NCBI GenBank assembly: GCA_016874005.1
Contig: VGVQ01000009.1
Location: forward strand, 74,158 to 138,157
Length of the DNA stretch: 64,000 nucleotides
Reading direction: 5' to 3'
Source: Gemmatimonadota bacterium
GTDB taxonomy: Bacteria; Gemmatimonadota; Gemmatimonadetes; Gemmatimonadales; GWC2-71-9
Shown here: positions 42,906 to 53,044 of the stretch, in pieces
Numbering within the stretch: the first letter of the stretch is position 1
How the letters are laid out: every line of letters starts with the position of its first letter
The notes under the pieces: model-generated
The model's input: only the letters and a program-made list of their open reading frames with translations
The model's database searches: none
Told to the model about the DNA's origin: nothing
Position numbers and translations under genes: made by a program

Positions 42906-44291
42906 CTAACCGAGGATTCCCAGGTTTTCGAGGACTCGCCGAATGTCGTTGGAGAAGGCCAGGACCATGAGCATCACGATGGCCACGAATCCAGCCATGG
43001 TGAGCCATTCCCGGATCCTGCCCGTCACCGGTCGCCGGGTGACGCCCTCGACCAGCAGGAACAGGAACTGCCCGCCGTCGAGAATCGGGATTGGCAGCAG
43101 GTTGAGGATGGCGAGGTTCACCGACAACAGCGCCATCAGGGCGAAGAAGTCCTCGGGACCCCGGCGGGCGCTCTGACCGGCTGCCATGCCGATCGCGATC
43201 GGTCCGCCGAGCTCGCGGGTCGAGACGGCGCCGCTGAACATCCCCCGGACCAGCCCAACGACCTGTCCTCCCACGAACGCCACTCGCCGCCCGCCCTCGA
43301 CCACGGCGGGCACCAAGCCGATCGCCTCCCGAACATCCGGGATATCCGGGCCCCGCACCCCGATCCGGCCGATGGTACGGACGACGCCATCGGCGGTGTC
43401 CTGCTCTGGGGCGGGCGTCACCCGAATGCTGGTACGGCCGCCGCCCCGGCCCACCTCGAGCACGATCTCGCGGCCGGCGCTCCGCTCGATCGAGCCGACC
43501 AGGTCTTCCCATCGCCGAACCGGCTCGGCGTCGAGCGCGAGAATCGTGTCGCCTTGGGCCAGCCCGGCGCTCGCTGCCGGTCGGTCCGGCACGACTTCCA
43601 TGACGATGGGGGCGAGCAATGGCCGAAGGGCGCGAAAGGCTCCCCGCCGGTCGGGACTGCCCTGGGGCGCGACGAGCTGGACCGGCGACCGACCCGCGAT
43701 GCCGATCACCACGGTATCGCCCGGGACCGAAACGATGGCTCGTTCGATGGCTTGCCAATGCTCCACCGACGCGCCGTTGACGGCCTCGATCCGGTCGCCG
43801 AGGGTGAGCTCACCAAACCCGGCTGCCCCGGCGGGCAGTCGGGACCGGTCGACCTCGGCCACGATCGTGGTGGGAATCACCGGGAGCCCGTTGAAGTAGA
43901 CGATCCCGGCAAACACCACCCAGGCGAACAGCGCGTTCATGACGACGCCGGCCAGAATGACGACCATCCGCACCCAGACCGGCTTGGCCTCGAATACTCG
44001 ATCCGGCGGCACCTCCGCCTCCACCGTCCCACCTTCGAGCCCCTCGCCGGCCCCCTCACCGAGCCGGCTCGCCATCTTGACGTAACCGCCAAGCGGAATC
44101 CAGGAGACCGAATACTCAGTCTCCCCCCGAGTAAACGAGAGTGCCTTGATCGGCGTCCCGAGCCCGAGCGAGAAACGATGGACGTAGATGCCGGCCCATT
44201 TGGCGGCCACGAAATGCCCCAGTTCGTGGACGAAGACCAGCAGCCCGATCACGATGATGGTCGAGAGAATCGTCAGTCCGGCGCCACCCAT
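42906..44291 (-). CDS. rseP: RIP site-2 metalloprotease RseP
   Basis: It has HELGHF in TM1, a PDZ region and the C-terminal NLLPIPILDGG. The ATG at 44291 shares 1 nt with the dxr stop (TGATG). Confidence 0.85.
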   Translation of the reverse strand: MGGAGLTILSTIIVIGLLVFVHELGHFVAAKWAGIYVHRFSLGLGTPIKALSFTRGETEYSVSWIPLGGYVKMASRLGEGAGEGLEGGTVEAEVPPDRVFEAKPVWVRMVVILAGVVMNALFAWVVFAGIVYFNGLPVIPTTIVAEVDRSRLPAGAAGFGELTLGDRIEAVNGASVEHWQAIERAIVSVPGDTVVIGIAGRSPVQLVAPQGSPDRRGAFRALRPLLAPIVMEVVPDRPAASAGLAQGDTILALDAEPVRRWEDLVGSIERSAGREIVLEVGRGGGRTSIRVTPAPEQDTADGVVRTIGRIGVRGPDIPDVREAIGLVPAVVEGGRRVAFVGGQVVGLVRGMFSGAVSTRELGGPIAIGMAAGQSARRGPEDFFALMALLSVNLAILNLLPIPILDGGQFLFLLVEGVTRRPVTGRIREWLTMAGFVAIVMLMVLAFSNDIRRVLENLGILG

Positions 44292-45400
44292 CAGATTAGG
44301 CTCTCCGCGACCGCGCGAGCCCACGCGTCGGCCTCTTGAACGTCGCCGAGGTCGCTGACTGGTCCCCCGGGGAACCGAGCCAACACCGTCTCGATGATCT
44401 CGGCAATCCGCCCGAAAGCAAGCTGGTTGGCCAGGAACCTCGCAACCGCCACTTCGTTGGCGGCGTTGAACGCCGTCGGCGCGAGGCCGCCTTGGCGTCC
44501 GGCCGCGAGGCCCAAGGCAAAGGCGCGGAAGACCTCGTGGCGCACCGGCTCGAAGGTGAGGCTCGCCGCGGCAACCGGATCGAAACGGCGGACCCCGGCA
44601 TCGCCAAGGCGTTCCGGATGGGTGAGGGCGTAGAGGATCGGAAGTTCCATCGTCGGATAGCCGAGTTGGGCCAGCACGCTGCCGTCGGCGAACTCGACGA
44701 ATCCGTGGACGATGCTCTGGGGGTGGACCACGACGTCGATCGCGTCGTAGGGCAGCCCGAACAGGTAGTGGCCCTCGATGACCTCCAGCGCCTTGTTGGC
44801 GAGGGTCGCGGAATCAATCGAGATCTTCGACCCCATTCGCCAGGTCGGGTGGCAGAGCGCTTGTTCGACCGTGGCCGTGGCGATTCGGTCGGCCTCCCAG
44901 TCGCGGAACGGGCCGCCCGAAGCGGTCAGAATGATCCGGGAACAAGGCGCCGCGGCGTGGCTCAAGCACTGCAGCACGGCACTGTGCTCGGAATCCACCG
45001 GAACGAGTTCCCCGCCGCCTTCGAGCCGGGCTCGCTCGACCAGTGGACCGCCGGTCACCAGCGACTCCTTGTTCGCCAGCGCGACCCGTTTCCCGGCCCA
45101 CAACGCCGCCAAGGTCGCCTCGAGTCCCGCGAAACCCACGACCGCGTTGACCACGATGTCGACATCGGGATGAGTGGCCGCCTCGAGCAGAGCGGCCCGC
45201 CCGGCCGTGCCGCCGTTCCCGTTGCCATTGGCCAGCGAGGCGAAGGCCGGGCGCCATTCGGCCTGCTGCTGGGCCAACCGGTCGGCGTTCGAGCCGGCGG
45301 TGATGGCAACGAGCCGGAACCGATCCGGGTGGCGTTTCAACACCGCCAGGGTCGACACCCCGATCGAACCGGTCGAGCCCAACACCGCGACACCCCGCAT
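44291..45400 (-). CDS. dxr: 1-deoxy-D-xylulose 5-phosphate reductoisomerase
   Basis: The motifs VAVLGSTGSIGVSTL, LANKESLV and DSEHSA are present. Confidence 0.95.
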   Translation of the reverse strand: MRGVAVLGSTGSIGVSTLAVLKRHPDRFRLVAITAGSNADRLAQQQAEWRPAFASLANGNGNGGTAGRAALLEAATHPDVDIVVNAVVGFAGLEATLAALWAGKRVALANKESLVTGGPLVERARLEGGGELVPVDSEHSAVLQCLSHAAAPCSRIILTASGGPFRDWEADRIATATVEQALCHPTWRMGSKISIDSATLANKALEVIEGHYLFGLPYDAIDVVVHPQSIVHGFVEFADGSVLAQLGYPTMELPILYALTHPERLGDAGVRRFDPVAAASLTFEPVRHEVFRAFALGLAAGRQGGLAPTAFNAANEVAVARFLANQLAFGRIAEIIETVLARFPGGPVSDLGDVQEADAWARAVAESLI

Positions 45401-45403
45401 CGG

Positions 45404-46285
45404 TCAGATCAACCCGAAGAGCCGATACAGCATCGCCGCGATCGGCACCACGAAGTACAGGGCGTCGAATCGATCGAGGACGCCGCCGTGGCCAGGGATC
45501 AGACTGCTCGAGTCCTTGATGCCGACCTCACGCTTGAAGAGCGACTCGGCCAGATCGCCGATTTGAGCCGCGACCGACAGCACCAGCCCGAACAGCAGCG
45601 CCTCCCAGGTCGCGATCGAGAAGCCCGACGGGTTCATCGCCAGGATATTGAACACCAACGCGGCGGCGACCCCCCCGACGAGCCCGGCAACCGAGCCGCT
45701 CCTGGTCTTCCCCGGACTGATCACGGGAGCCAGCTTCGGCCCCCCGAACGCGCGCCCGCCGTACATGGCGGCGGTATCGCCAACCCAGGTCACCGCCAAG
45801 GGGAAGAACACCGCCCAGGTGGCCGGCCAACTCTGGTCGGGGCCGACGGCGTAACGGACCCCGAGCAGGAAACACGGGAGCACCCCGCAGTAGAGCGGGG
45901 CCAAGACCGTGATGGCCACGGAACCTAACGGCCGCTCCGTCGGCGTCCTGGCGAACAGCGCGCTGGTCAGGACCAGGATCAGGAACCCCGCCATGGCAAA
46001 CCAGGGCGATGGTAGCGCCGCTTCCCAATCGAGACCGCCGAACCCGATGATCGCGCCGCCATAGGCGAGCCAGGTGCCGATCGGCGCCGCGACGGCCGCG
46101 CCGATGGCGAGTGGGGCGAGAGGCTCGACTCCCTGGCGCCTCGCGATGTCGACCAGCTCCCGGGCGCCCAACCCACCGATCAGCGATACCAGGAGGGCGA
46201 GTGGCAGGGCGCCCCAGTACACGGCGCCGATCGCGATCGGGATCGCCACGACGGCGAACAGGATCCTCGTCAAATGATTGGACAC
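45404..46285 (-). CDS. cdsA: phosphatidate cytidylyltransferase
   Basis: The protein is polytopic. It carries the C-terminal signature GDLAESLFKREVGIKDSSSLIPGHGGVLDRFD. Confidence 0.85.
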   Translation of the reverse strand: MSNHLTRILFAVVAIPIAIGAVYWGALPLALLVSLIGGLGARELVDIARRQGVEPLAPLAIGAAVAAPIGTWLAYGGAIIGFGGLDWEAALPSPWFAMAGFLILVLTSALFARTPTERPLGSVAITVLAPLYCGVLPCFLLGVRYAVGPDQSWPATWAVFFPLAVTWVGDTAAMYGGRAFGGPKLAPVISPGKTRSGSVAGLVGGVAAALVFNILAMNPSGFSIATWEALLFGLVLSVAAQIGDLAESLFKREVGIKDSSSLIPGHGGVLDRFDALYFVVPIAAMLYRLFGLI

Positions 46286-46304
46286 GGACCCCCTCGTTTG
46301 CCGA

Positions 46305-47048
46305 TCAGGCCGTCGTGACCCGGCCGAACCGGCGGTCGCGACGCTGGTAATCGAGAACGGCCTCGAAGAACTCCCGGCGGCCGAAGTCGGGCCAGAGGGT
46401 AGGAGTGACGTACAGCTCCGCGTAGGCCAGCTGCCAGAGAAGGAAGTTGGAGATCCGAAACTCGCCGGAGGTTCGAATCAGGAGGTCCGGATCGCCCCAG
46501 GGCGCGGTGTAGAGCCGGTCGGCGATGGCCTGTTCGGTAACTTCGTCGGAGGTAATCCGTCCGGCAGCCACGTCCTCGGCGAGCCGGCGCGCCGCTCGGG
46601 TGATCTCGGCCCGGGAACCGTACGAGATACAGATGTTGAGCGCGAGCTTGGTCCCGCCGGCGGTGGCGCGCTCGACGAACTCGACCGCCTGGCGGGCAGG
46701 CGGCGAGAGGGGCGTGAGATCGCCAAGCATCCGAACCCGGACCCCCTGCTCGGTGAGTTCGGCCGACTGGGTCGAGACATATTCCTGCAGCAGCGCCATC
46801 AGGGCATCGATCTCTTCGGGCGGACGCTGCCAGTTCTCTTGGCTGAACGCGAAGACGGTGACGGTGGTGACGCCGGCCTCGAGGCATGACTCCACCAGCC
46901 GGCGGACCGACGCCATACCGGCCTGGTGTCCCGCGGTCCGCGGCAGGTTGCGACGCTGGGCCCAGCGGCCGTTGCCGTCCATGATGACGGCAACGTGGGC
47001 CGGAACCGCCCCCTGGAGCTTGATCTGCCGGAGGAGGTCGTCGCTCAA
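46305..47048 (-). CDS. uppS: undecaprenyl diphosphate synthase
   Basis: The motifs HVAVIMDGNGRWA and SGEFRISNFLLWQLAYAELY are present. The TTG start overlaps the frr stop (TTGA). Confidence 0.9.
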   Translation of the reverse strand: MSDDLLRQIKLQGAVPAHVAVIMDGNGRWAQRRNLPRTAGHQAGMASVRRLVESCLEAGVTTVTVFAFSQENWQRPPEEIDALMALLQEYVSTQSAELTEQGVRVRMLGDLTPLSPPARQAVEFVERATAGGTKLALNICISYGSRAEITRAARRLAEDVAAGRITSDEVTEQAIADRLYTAPWGDPDLLIRTSGEFRISNFLLWQLAYAELYVTPTLWPDFGRREFFEAVLDYQRRDRRFGRVTTA

Positions 47049-47596
47049 ACCTCCATGATCTCCGCTTCTTTGGCGTGAATCAGGGTGTCGATCTGCTTGA
47101 TGTGCTCGTCGGTGATCTTCTGGATTTCCTTCTCGGCCCGGGTCTTGTCGTCCTCGGAGACGTGTTCGACCTTCTTGATCTTGTGGAGCGCGTCGGTTCG
47201 AGCGTGCCGCACCGCGATGCGACCTTCCTCCGCCAGTTTGTGGATCACCTTGACGAATTCTTTGCGACGCTCCTCCGACAAGGGCGGGATCGGGATTCGA
47301 ATGAGGTTGCCCTGGGTCGCCGGATTGAGACCCATGTTGGCGTCGCGAATGGCCTTTTCGATCGGAATGGCCAGGTTCTTGTCGAACGGCTGTACCGTGA
47401 GCAACCGGGGCTCCGGGGCCGACACCATCCCGACCTGGTTGATCGGGACGTGGGCGCCGTAGGCTTCGACCCGTACGACGTCCAGCAAGTGCGGGCTGGC
47501 CTTGCCGCTCCGAATGGCGCTGAACTCCTTCTTGGTGTTCTCGATCGCTTTGTGCATGCCCTCTTTGGCATGCTTGATCGCGTCAGGAATGGTCAT
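47045..47596 (-). CDS. frr: ribosome recycling factor
   Basis: The product starts [39 protein letters not shown]. The ATG at 47596 overlaps the pyrH stop (ATGA). Confidence 0.95.
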   Translation of the reverse strand: MTIPDAIKHAKEGMHKAIENTKKEFSAIRSGKASPHLLDVVRVEAYGAHVPINQVGMVSAPEPRLLTVQPFDKNLAIPIEKAIRDANMGLNPATQGNLIRIPIPPLSEERRKEFVKVIHKLAEEGRIAVRHARTDALHKIKKVEHVSEDDKTRAEKEIQKITDEHIKQIDTLIHAKEAEIMEV

Positions 47597-48303
47597 CGTA
47601 CGATGGTCCCCACCCGTTCGCCCGAGAGGACCCGAGCGATGGCTCCGGGTTTGTTGATGTTGAATACCACGATGGGCAATTTGTTGTCCTTGCACAACCC
47701 GAACGCATTGGCATCCATCACGGCGTAGCCGTTGATGATGGCCTCCTGGAATGTAAGCTCGGGAATGAATCTCGCGCTCGGGTCCTTCTTGGGGTCCATG
47801 GTGTAGATCCCGTCGACCCCGGTGGCCTTGAGAATGACCTCGGCCTCGATCTCGAGAGCCCGGAGCACGGCGGCCGTGTCGGTCGAGAAGAAGGGGTTGC
47901 CGGTGCCGCCGGCGAAAATCACCATCCGGCCCTTCTCCAGGTGGCGCACCGCTCGGCGGCGGATGTAGGGCTCGGCGAGCGACTCCATCCGGATGGCGGT
48001 CATCACCCGGGTCTGGACGCCCATCTTCTCGAGGATGTCCTGCAGCGCCAGCGCGTTGATGACCGTCGCCAGCATGCCCATGTAGTCGGCGTTGACCCGG
48101 TCGAGGCCCTCCCGGCTGGCATGGGTGCCCCGAACGATGTTACCGCCGCCCACCACGAGGCCAAGGTGAATGCCCTCATGGTGGACGCCCTTGAGCTCGG
48201 CGGCGAGTCCCTCGACGACGCCGTAGTCGAGCCCCTGGCCCCGTTCGCCAGAGAGGGCCTCTCCGGAGATCTTGAGAAGCGCCCGGCGGTACGCCAGGGC
48301 CAT
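47593..48303 (-). CDS. pyrH: UMP kinase
   Basis: The motifs [19 protein letters not shown] and [13 protein letters not shown] are present. Confidence 0.95.
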   Translation of the reverse strand: MALAYRRALLKISGEALSGERGQGLDYGVVEGLAAELKGVHHEGIHLGLVVGGGNIVRGTHASREGLDRVNADYMGMLATVINALALQDILEKMGVQTRVMTAIRMESLAEPYIRRRAVRHLEKGRMVIFAGGTGNPFFSTDTAAVLRALEIEAEVILKATGVDGIYTMDPKKDPSARFIPELTFQEAIINGYAVMDANAFGLCKDNKLPIVVFNINKPGAIARVLSGERVGTIVR

Positions 48304-49169
48304 CAGGCCTCCCCGACCTTGAAGCGGGCAAACCGCTTCACGGCCACCGCCCCGCCGGCCGCCTTGGCCGCGGCCTTGACGAGGTCGCCCACCGCTTGAC
48401 TCTCGTCTTTGACGAACGGCTGGCTCAGCAGGACCCGTTCGGCGACGAACTTCTTGACCTTGCCGTCGACGATCTTGCCGCGAATCGCCTCAGGTTTGCC
48501 CTCGGCGGCCACCTGCTCTTCGGCGATCCGGCGCTCCCGCTCGATCAAGTCGGTCGGGATGTCGGCGTCGGAAACACCGATCGGGTCGGCGGAGGCCACA
48601 TGGAGTGCCACGTCCTTGGCCAGGTTCGTCAACACCTCGCCGGGCGGCCCCTCGACGTCGACCAGCACGCCGACCTGGCCGTTGTGGTGAAGGTAGGACG
48701 CGACGACGCCGGCCGGCTGGGTGAACCGGGCGTACTTGTTCAGGGTCATCGCTTCGCCGGTTTTGCCGGAGACCTCTTTCACGGCCTCGGCCACGGTCTT
48801 CCCCCGAAACGGCTGGTCGTCGATCGAGCCGGCCTTGACCCCGACAGGGGCCTTGGCCGCAACGTGCTTGGCGAGGTCCTTGGCGAGACCGATGAAGTCG
48901 TCCGTCTTGGCGACGAAATCGGTTTCGCAATTCAGTTCGATCATCCCGCCGGACTTTCCGTCGGCGGCCAACTCGATGACCACGAGCCCTTGTGAGGCGC
49001 TCCGCCCGGCCCGCTTCTCGGCCTTGGCGATTCCCTTCTTCCGGAGCAGCTCGCCGGCCTTCTGCAAATCGCCGCCGGTCTCTTCCAGGGCTCCCTTGCA
49101 GTCGCCGATCCCGGCCCCGGTTCGGCCCCGCAGCTCGCTGATCTCCTTCGGTGTTGGCTTGTACGACAT
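48303..49169 (-). CDS. tsf: elongation factor Ts
   Basis: The product starts [30 protein letters not shown] and contains [15 protein letters not shown]. The ATG at 49169 lies inside the 310-aa ORF. Confidence 0.95.
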   Translation of the reverse strand: MSYKPTPKEISELRGRTGAGIGDCKGALEETGGDLQKAGELLRKKGIAKAEKRAGRSASQGLVVIELAADGKSGGMIELNCETDFVAKTDDFIGLAKDLAKHVAAKAPVGVKAGSIDDQPFRGKTVAEAVKEVSGKTGEAMTLNKYARFTQPAGVVASYLHHNGQVGVLVDVEGPPGEVLTNLAKDVALHVASADPIGVSDADIPTDLIERERRIAEEQVAAEGKPEAIRGKIVDGKVKKFVAERVLLSQPFVKDESQAVGDLVKAAAKAAGGAVAVKRFARFKVGEA

Positions 49170-49278
49170 GGTTCCATTCACTGTTGAAATGTCTGGGTCG
49201 GTTACGATACCGCCGCGAACGACCGGGTGGGCCATGCGCGGCGGCTCGAGGCTTTCCTGTCGATTCGCGGTCGACCGG

Positions 49279-50148
49279 TCAGGCTTCTCCCGCCGGCTCG
49301 GTCTCCGTCTTCAGTCGAGCCGCGATGGCTTCCGGCTTGGGCCGCCGTTTCCGGGCGGCGCCGGCCGGTCGCCGCCGGCGGCGATCGGCATCCGGGTCAC
49401 CCTCGGTACCGGTATCGGTGCTGTAGGTCTCGGCCTCGCTGTCATCGCCGGCTTCGCGAACCGGCGCGGCCATCCGGGCTTCCTTGATGGTGTCGGCGAG
49501 CGCGTTGGTGATCAGCGACACCGATCGAATCGCGTCGTCGTTTCCGGGAATCGGCACCGTAATGACGTCGGGGTCGGCGTTGGTGTCGACAATGGCGACG
49601 ACCGGAATGCCGAGCTTGTTCGCCTCGAGAATCGCGATCCGCTCCTTCTTCGCGTCGACGATGAAAATCGCGCCGGGGAGCCGGCTCATGTTCTTGACGC
49701 CTTCGAGATAGCGGGACAGCTTGACCCGCTCCCGCTCGAACAACAGCCGTTCCTTCTTGGTGTAGCTCTCGAACTCCCCGTCATTGGCCCCCTGCTCGAG
49801 TTCGCGGAGGTGGCGGATCTGCTTCTTGATGGTTTGGAAGTTCGTGAGCGTGCCACCCAACCAGCGCTCGGTGACAGACAACGCGCCACAGCCCTGGGCC
49901 TCGGCCTGGACCAGCGCCTTGAGCTGCTTCTTGGTGCAGACGAACAGAACGTTTTCGCCGCGGGCCACGACGCCCTTGAGGAGCTCCTGGGCCCTGCCGA
50001 TCTGGGTCTGGGTCTTCTGGAGGTCGATCAGGTAGATCCCCGACCGCTCGGCGAAGATGAATCGGCGCATCTTGGGATTCCAGCGCCGGGTCTGGTGACC
50101 GAAATGAACGCCCGCTTCGAGGAGCTCCTGCAGTTGTGGCTGCGCCAT
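49279..50148 (-). CDS. rpsB: 30S ribosomal protein S2
   Basis: The product contains LLEAGVHFGHQTRRWNPKM. It also has an acidic/basic C-terminal extension. Confidence 0.95.
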   Translation of the reverse strand: MAQPQLQELLEAGVHFGHQTRRWNPKMRRFIFAERSGIYLIDLQKTQTQIGRAQELLKGVVARGENVLFVCTKKQLKALVQAEAQGCGALSVTERWLGGTLTNFQTIKKQIRHLRELEQGANDGEFESYTKKERLLFERERVKLSRYLEGVKNMSRLPGAIFIVDAKKERIAILEANKLGIPVVAIVDTNADPDVITVPIPGNDDAIRSVSLITNALADTIKEARMAAPVREAGDDSEAETYSTDTGTEGDPDADRRRRRPAGAARKRRPKPEAIAARLKTETEPAGEA

Positions 50149-50261
50149 GCGTGCTACCGTGTTCCCTTCCCTGTGGGGGTTAGTCCGCCACCGCCTTCAT
50201 CTCGGGCCACGAACCCCGCGGGGCACCCCGTGGCCGATCCGGCGATGTGTGGTGATCCTGG

Positions 50262-50666
50262 TTACCGCTTGCTGAACTGGAACCGCTTCCGGGCGCCTGG
50301 GCGACCCGGCTTCTTCCGTTCGACGGCTCGCGGATCGCGGGTCAGCAATCCGTTGGTCCGAAGTTTGGTCCGGTGCGTCGGGTCGACCCGCAACAGCGCC
50401 CGGGCAATGCCCATCCGGAGCGCTCCCGCCTGTCCGGTTACCCCGCCGCCGTCGCAATGGGCCCGCACGTCGAAGGCACCGAGCGTGTCGGTCGAGGAAA
50501 ACGGCTGCTGGATGTGCTGGACCAGCGACGGACGCGGGAAGTAGTCGCCGAGGGTCCGACCGTTGACTTCCCATTTGCCGGTGCCGGGGGTCAGGTAGAC
50601 GCGGGCAACACTGGTCTTCCGCCGGCCGACGCCGTGCCAGCGTAACTCAGGACTCGGGGTGGTCAT
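50262..50666 (-). CDS. rpsI: 30S ribosomal protein S9
   Basis: The product contains GRRKTSVARV, GGGVTGQAGALRMGIARAL and the C-terminal KRFQFSKR. Confidence 0.95.
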   Translation of the reverse strand: MTTPSPELRWHGVGRRKTSVARVYLTPGTGKWEVNGRTLGDYFPRPSLVQHIQQPFSSTDTLGAFDVRAHCDGGGVTGQAGALRMGIARALLRVDPTHRTKLRTNGLLTRDPRAVERKKPGRPGARKRFQFSKR

Positions 50667-51106
50667 GCGCTCACCTTGATCGCGAAGGGCTTGGGACCTT
50701 GGGCGCGGTGACGATCCGTTTCGCCAGCGTACACCTTGAGTTTGGTCCGAAGCCGCTGTTTGGTCAGCGAGTTCTTGGGCAACATGCCGAACACCGCCTT
50801 CTCGATGACCCGTTCCGGGTGCTTGTCGAGCAGGTTCTTGATCGGCGTGAACCGCTCGTGCCCCATGTAGCCGGTGTGACGGAAATACTCCTTCTTGTCG
50901 ACCTTGCCGCCGGTCAGCTTGACTTTGGCTGCGTTGACCACGACGACGAAATCGCCGCCGTCGACGTGGGGCGTGAAGGTCGGCTTGTGCTTGCCGCGAA
51001 TGAGCTGCGCCACGGTGCTCGCGAGGCGCCCGAGCGGCACTCCACTGGCGTCGACCAAATGCCAGTCGTGCCGAACGTCGTTCGGTTTGGCCGAGAATGT
51101 CTTCAT
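50663..51106 (-). CDS. rplM: 50S ribosomal protein L13
   Basis: The product starts MKTFSAKPNDVRHDWHLVDA and contains RHTGYMG. Its stop overlaps the rpsI start (ATGA). The ATG at 51118 is an alternative start. Confidence 0.9.
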   Translation of the reverse strand: MKTFSAKPNDVRHDWHLVDASGVPLGRLASTVAQLIRGKHKPTFTPHVDGGDFVVVVNAAKVKLTGGKVDKKEYFRHTGYMGHERFTPIKNLLDKHPERVIEKAVFGMLPKNSLTKQRLRTKLKVYAGETDRHRAQGPKPFAIKVSA

Positions 51107-51182
51107 TGCCAGATACACCCTACTCTCGTGAATCGATCTACTTGATCAGACGGCGGCCCGCTCGCTTTGCGGGAAGCCGCAC

Positions 51183-51212
51183 AAGATAGCCGCCAATCAC
51201 GACTTACGTCAA
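51183..51212 (-). promoter_or_regulatory. candidate sigma70-type promoter for rplM-rpsI
   Basis: The minus strand reads TTGACG-18 nt-TATCTT, about 75 nt upstream of rplM and immediately downstream of the terminator at 51225-51256. Confidence 0.3.
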
Positions 51213-51224
51213 GCTGTGGCGCCT

Positions 51225-51256
51225 AAAAAACTCAAAGGGGCCCCGACCGGGCCCCT
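51225..51256 (-). terminator. intrinsic terminator after the chimeric GT/cupin/ABM gene
   Basis: The minus strand reads AGGGGCCC-ggtcg-GGGCCCCT followed by TTGAGTTTTTT. It begins about 43 nt after the stop at 51299. Confidence 0.6.
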
Positions 51257-51298
51257 CCGACGTCAAATGGTACAACCCCCTTGCCGATAACGGCTTAG

Positions 51299-52471
51299 CT
51301 AGGGCTCGACTCGCTTCCAAAGGGTGATGTCCGTGAGCCACCCCTGTTCTTGGCGCTTGGTAAAGGACGCCTTGAGGTGAGGGGTGCGTTTGTGGGCCTC
51401 GAGCGCCGCGCTGTCGCGCCAGACCTCGAATCGAACGAACCGATTCGGCGCCCCGGCCGATTGGTAGAGATCGTACGCCAACGCCCCCGGCTCGGCCCGG
51501 GTCGGGGCGGTCAGCGCCAGCAACTCGCGCTTGAGCTCGTCCTCCCTGCCCTCCTTGCCGGTGATGAAAGTGAACGCGGTGATCAAGTCGGCCGCGACCT
51601 CGGCGCGCTCGCCCTTCAGCTCGATCAAGATGCCGTGGGCGTCCGTCTCCCCCACGTTGATCGGGGAATGGGTCACGGCCTCGCTGAACAGCACCTCACC
51701 AGGCTTGGCTTCGCGAACCCCTACTCGGCCATCCGGGAAAGTGAACCGGATCGTGAAAGGCTCGAGAACGTAGAGCACGTGGGCCGGGTGATCGTGGAGC
51801 ACCTCGCGATCGCCACGGCGGAGCTTGAAGTCCATGACCCGGACCCGACTGTTGTCGATCAGGACGCGATAGTTGCCGGGGTAGAGCGCCACCGGATCGA
51901 CCCGGAGATGACTGTTGGCAACGACCCGGTCCGCCGCCAGGAGTCCAGCGCGTTCGCGCTGAACGATCTCGGCGTTGCCGTCACCGCCGGTGCGGTCGAA
52001 CTCGATGGCGTGGATGTGGGCCACGATTGGGCGACCCGAAACGGCCCTGGCGCGCCGAGCGGCTTCGAAGGTAATCCAGTCGTGACAGTCGATGAGGTCA
52101 TGGGGTTCGCGGGCGGCAATCTCGGCGGCGACCGAAGCGAACCGCTCGACCTCGCGAAAGAGATCGGGGCCGTATACCAATCTGGTCCCGGTCCTGGGGC
52201 GTTTCAGGCTGGCGAACACCTCCCGATACTGGGCCTCGCCCGCGTAGGGCAGCAGGGGGGACGGGACCCGATGGACGGTCAGCCGCTCCTCGAGTTCCGG
52301 CGCCCCGACGAGCCGGAGGCCGGCGATGGGGTTCGACTCGACCGGAAACGGCACCACGAGGGTGACCTCGGTCCCCACCCGGAGAAGACCCTTTACGAGC
52401 CCAACGGTCGCGGTGGCGAGGCCGCCCGCCTGGTGGGGCGGGAATTCCCACCCGAACATCAGGACCCGCAC
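51299..52471 (-). CDS. chimeric protein: GT-B glycosyltransferase N-terminal half fused to cupin and ABM (antibiotic-biosynthesis-monooxygenase-like) domains
   Basis: The GTG at 52471 gives (M)RVLMFGWEFPPHQAGGLATAT, the N-terminus of glycogen-synthase/GT4-like enzymes. That similarity runs to about ...ADRVVANSH. The frame then continues into a cupin domain (YRVLIDNSRVRVMDFKLRRGDREVLHDHPAHVLYVLE...HSPINVGETDAHGILIELK). An ABM domain follows (ITAFTFITGKEGREDEL...RAEPGALAYDLYQS...FVRFEVWRDSAALEAHKRTPH). No GT-B C-terminal (nucleotide-sugar-binding) half is present. Confidence 0.6.
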   Translation of the reverse strand: MRVLMFGWEFPPHQAGGLATATVGLVKGLLRVGTEVTLVVPFPVESNPIAGLRLVGAPELEERLTVHRVPSPLLPYAGEAQYREVFASLKRPRTGTRLVYGPDLFREVERFASVAAEIAAREPHDLIDCHDWITFEAARRARAVSGRPIVAHIHAIEFDRTGGDGNAEIVQRERAGLLAADRVVANSHLRVDPVALYPGNYRVLIDNSRVRVMDFKLRRGDREVLHDHPAHVLYVLEPFTIRFTFPDGRVGVREAKPGEVLFSEAVTHSPINVGETDAHGILIELKGERAEVAADLITAFTFITGKEGREDELKRELLALTAPTRAEPGALAYDLYQSAGAPNRFVRFEVWRDSAALEAHKRTPHLKASFTKRQEQGWLTDITLWKRVEP

Positions 52472-52777
52472 GGGTTGGCTCCGGCTGCCGCCGTGCCGTG
52501 CTCCCAGCGATCGAGTACCGCCAAAACCCGGGCATACTCCCGATCGTAGCGGGGAGGGACAGCCGTCTGGTTCCGGCGGGATGCTGGTGGGTCGGCGCTC
52601 GAGGGCAATCAGGCTCCAGTACCGCAGTTGGTCGGTGAGAATCGGGGCCGGCTGATTGACCAACGCGACGCCATGATGACCGGTTCCCGTGGGATCGAAA
52701 CCGCGGGTGATGGCGTTTAGGGGGAGGCTTGGCGTTAATTCCTGGCCGGCGCGCTCAACCGACAGCCTGGGTAACAA

Positions 52778-53044
52778 ATGCAAGCTGAGCTCATTGCTGC
52801 CCGAATAATCGAGGGGTATCTCGTTGTCGGATTGATATTTGCGCTTTGGTTCATCGGCAGGGGCGCCGGCCGGCTCGACCCCGTCGCGAAGACCGGTTCG
52901 GCGGCGTTCCGACTGCTCTTGCTGCCGGCCAGCACGCTGCTGTGGCCCCTTCTCGCTTGGCGGATCGTTCGCGGTGGGCCGGCGCCCCCACCCGAGACCA
53001 ACGAACACCGGCGCCGCGCTCGCCGACTTGGATCGACCGAATGA
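52778..53044 (+). CDS. small membrane protein (2 predicted TM helices)
   Basis: The 88-aa product has two hydrophobic helices (YLVVGLIFALWFI and FRLLLLPASTLLWPLLAW). Its stop overlaps the next start (ATGA). It is the first gene after a 306-nt divergent intergenic region. Confidence 0.45.
   Translation: MQAELIAARIIEGYLVVGLIFALWFIGRGAGRLDPVAKTGSAAFRLLLLPASTLLWPLLAWRIVRGGPAPPPETNEHRRRARRLGSTE

Noticed and set aside
50205-50235. The hairpin GGCCACG...CGTGGCC, with an inner CCCCGCGGGG palindrome, between rpsI and rpsB.
   Set aside because: It could be a terminator for rplM-rpsI or part of an rpsB leader. No U-tract follows on the transcribed strand, and I cannot distinguish the two roles from sequence alone. 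I did not call it as a feature.
52472-53008. The N-terminal 179 codons of the 569-aa minus-strand ORF 51299-53008.
   Set aside because: A glycosyltransferase-type N-terminus (RVLMFGWEFPP) begins at the GTG at 52471. The upstream part has no family features. It also overlaps the plus-strand small membrane gene at 52778-53044. I treat it as a non-coding divergent promoter region.
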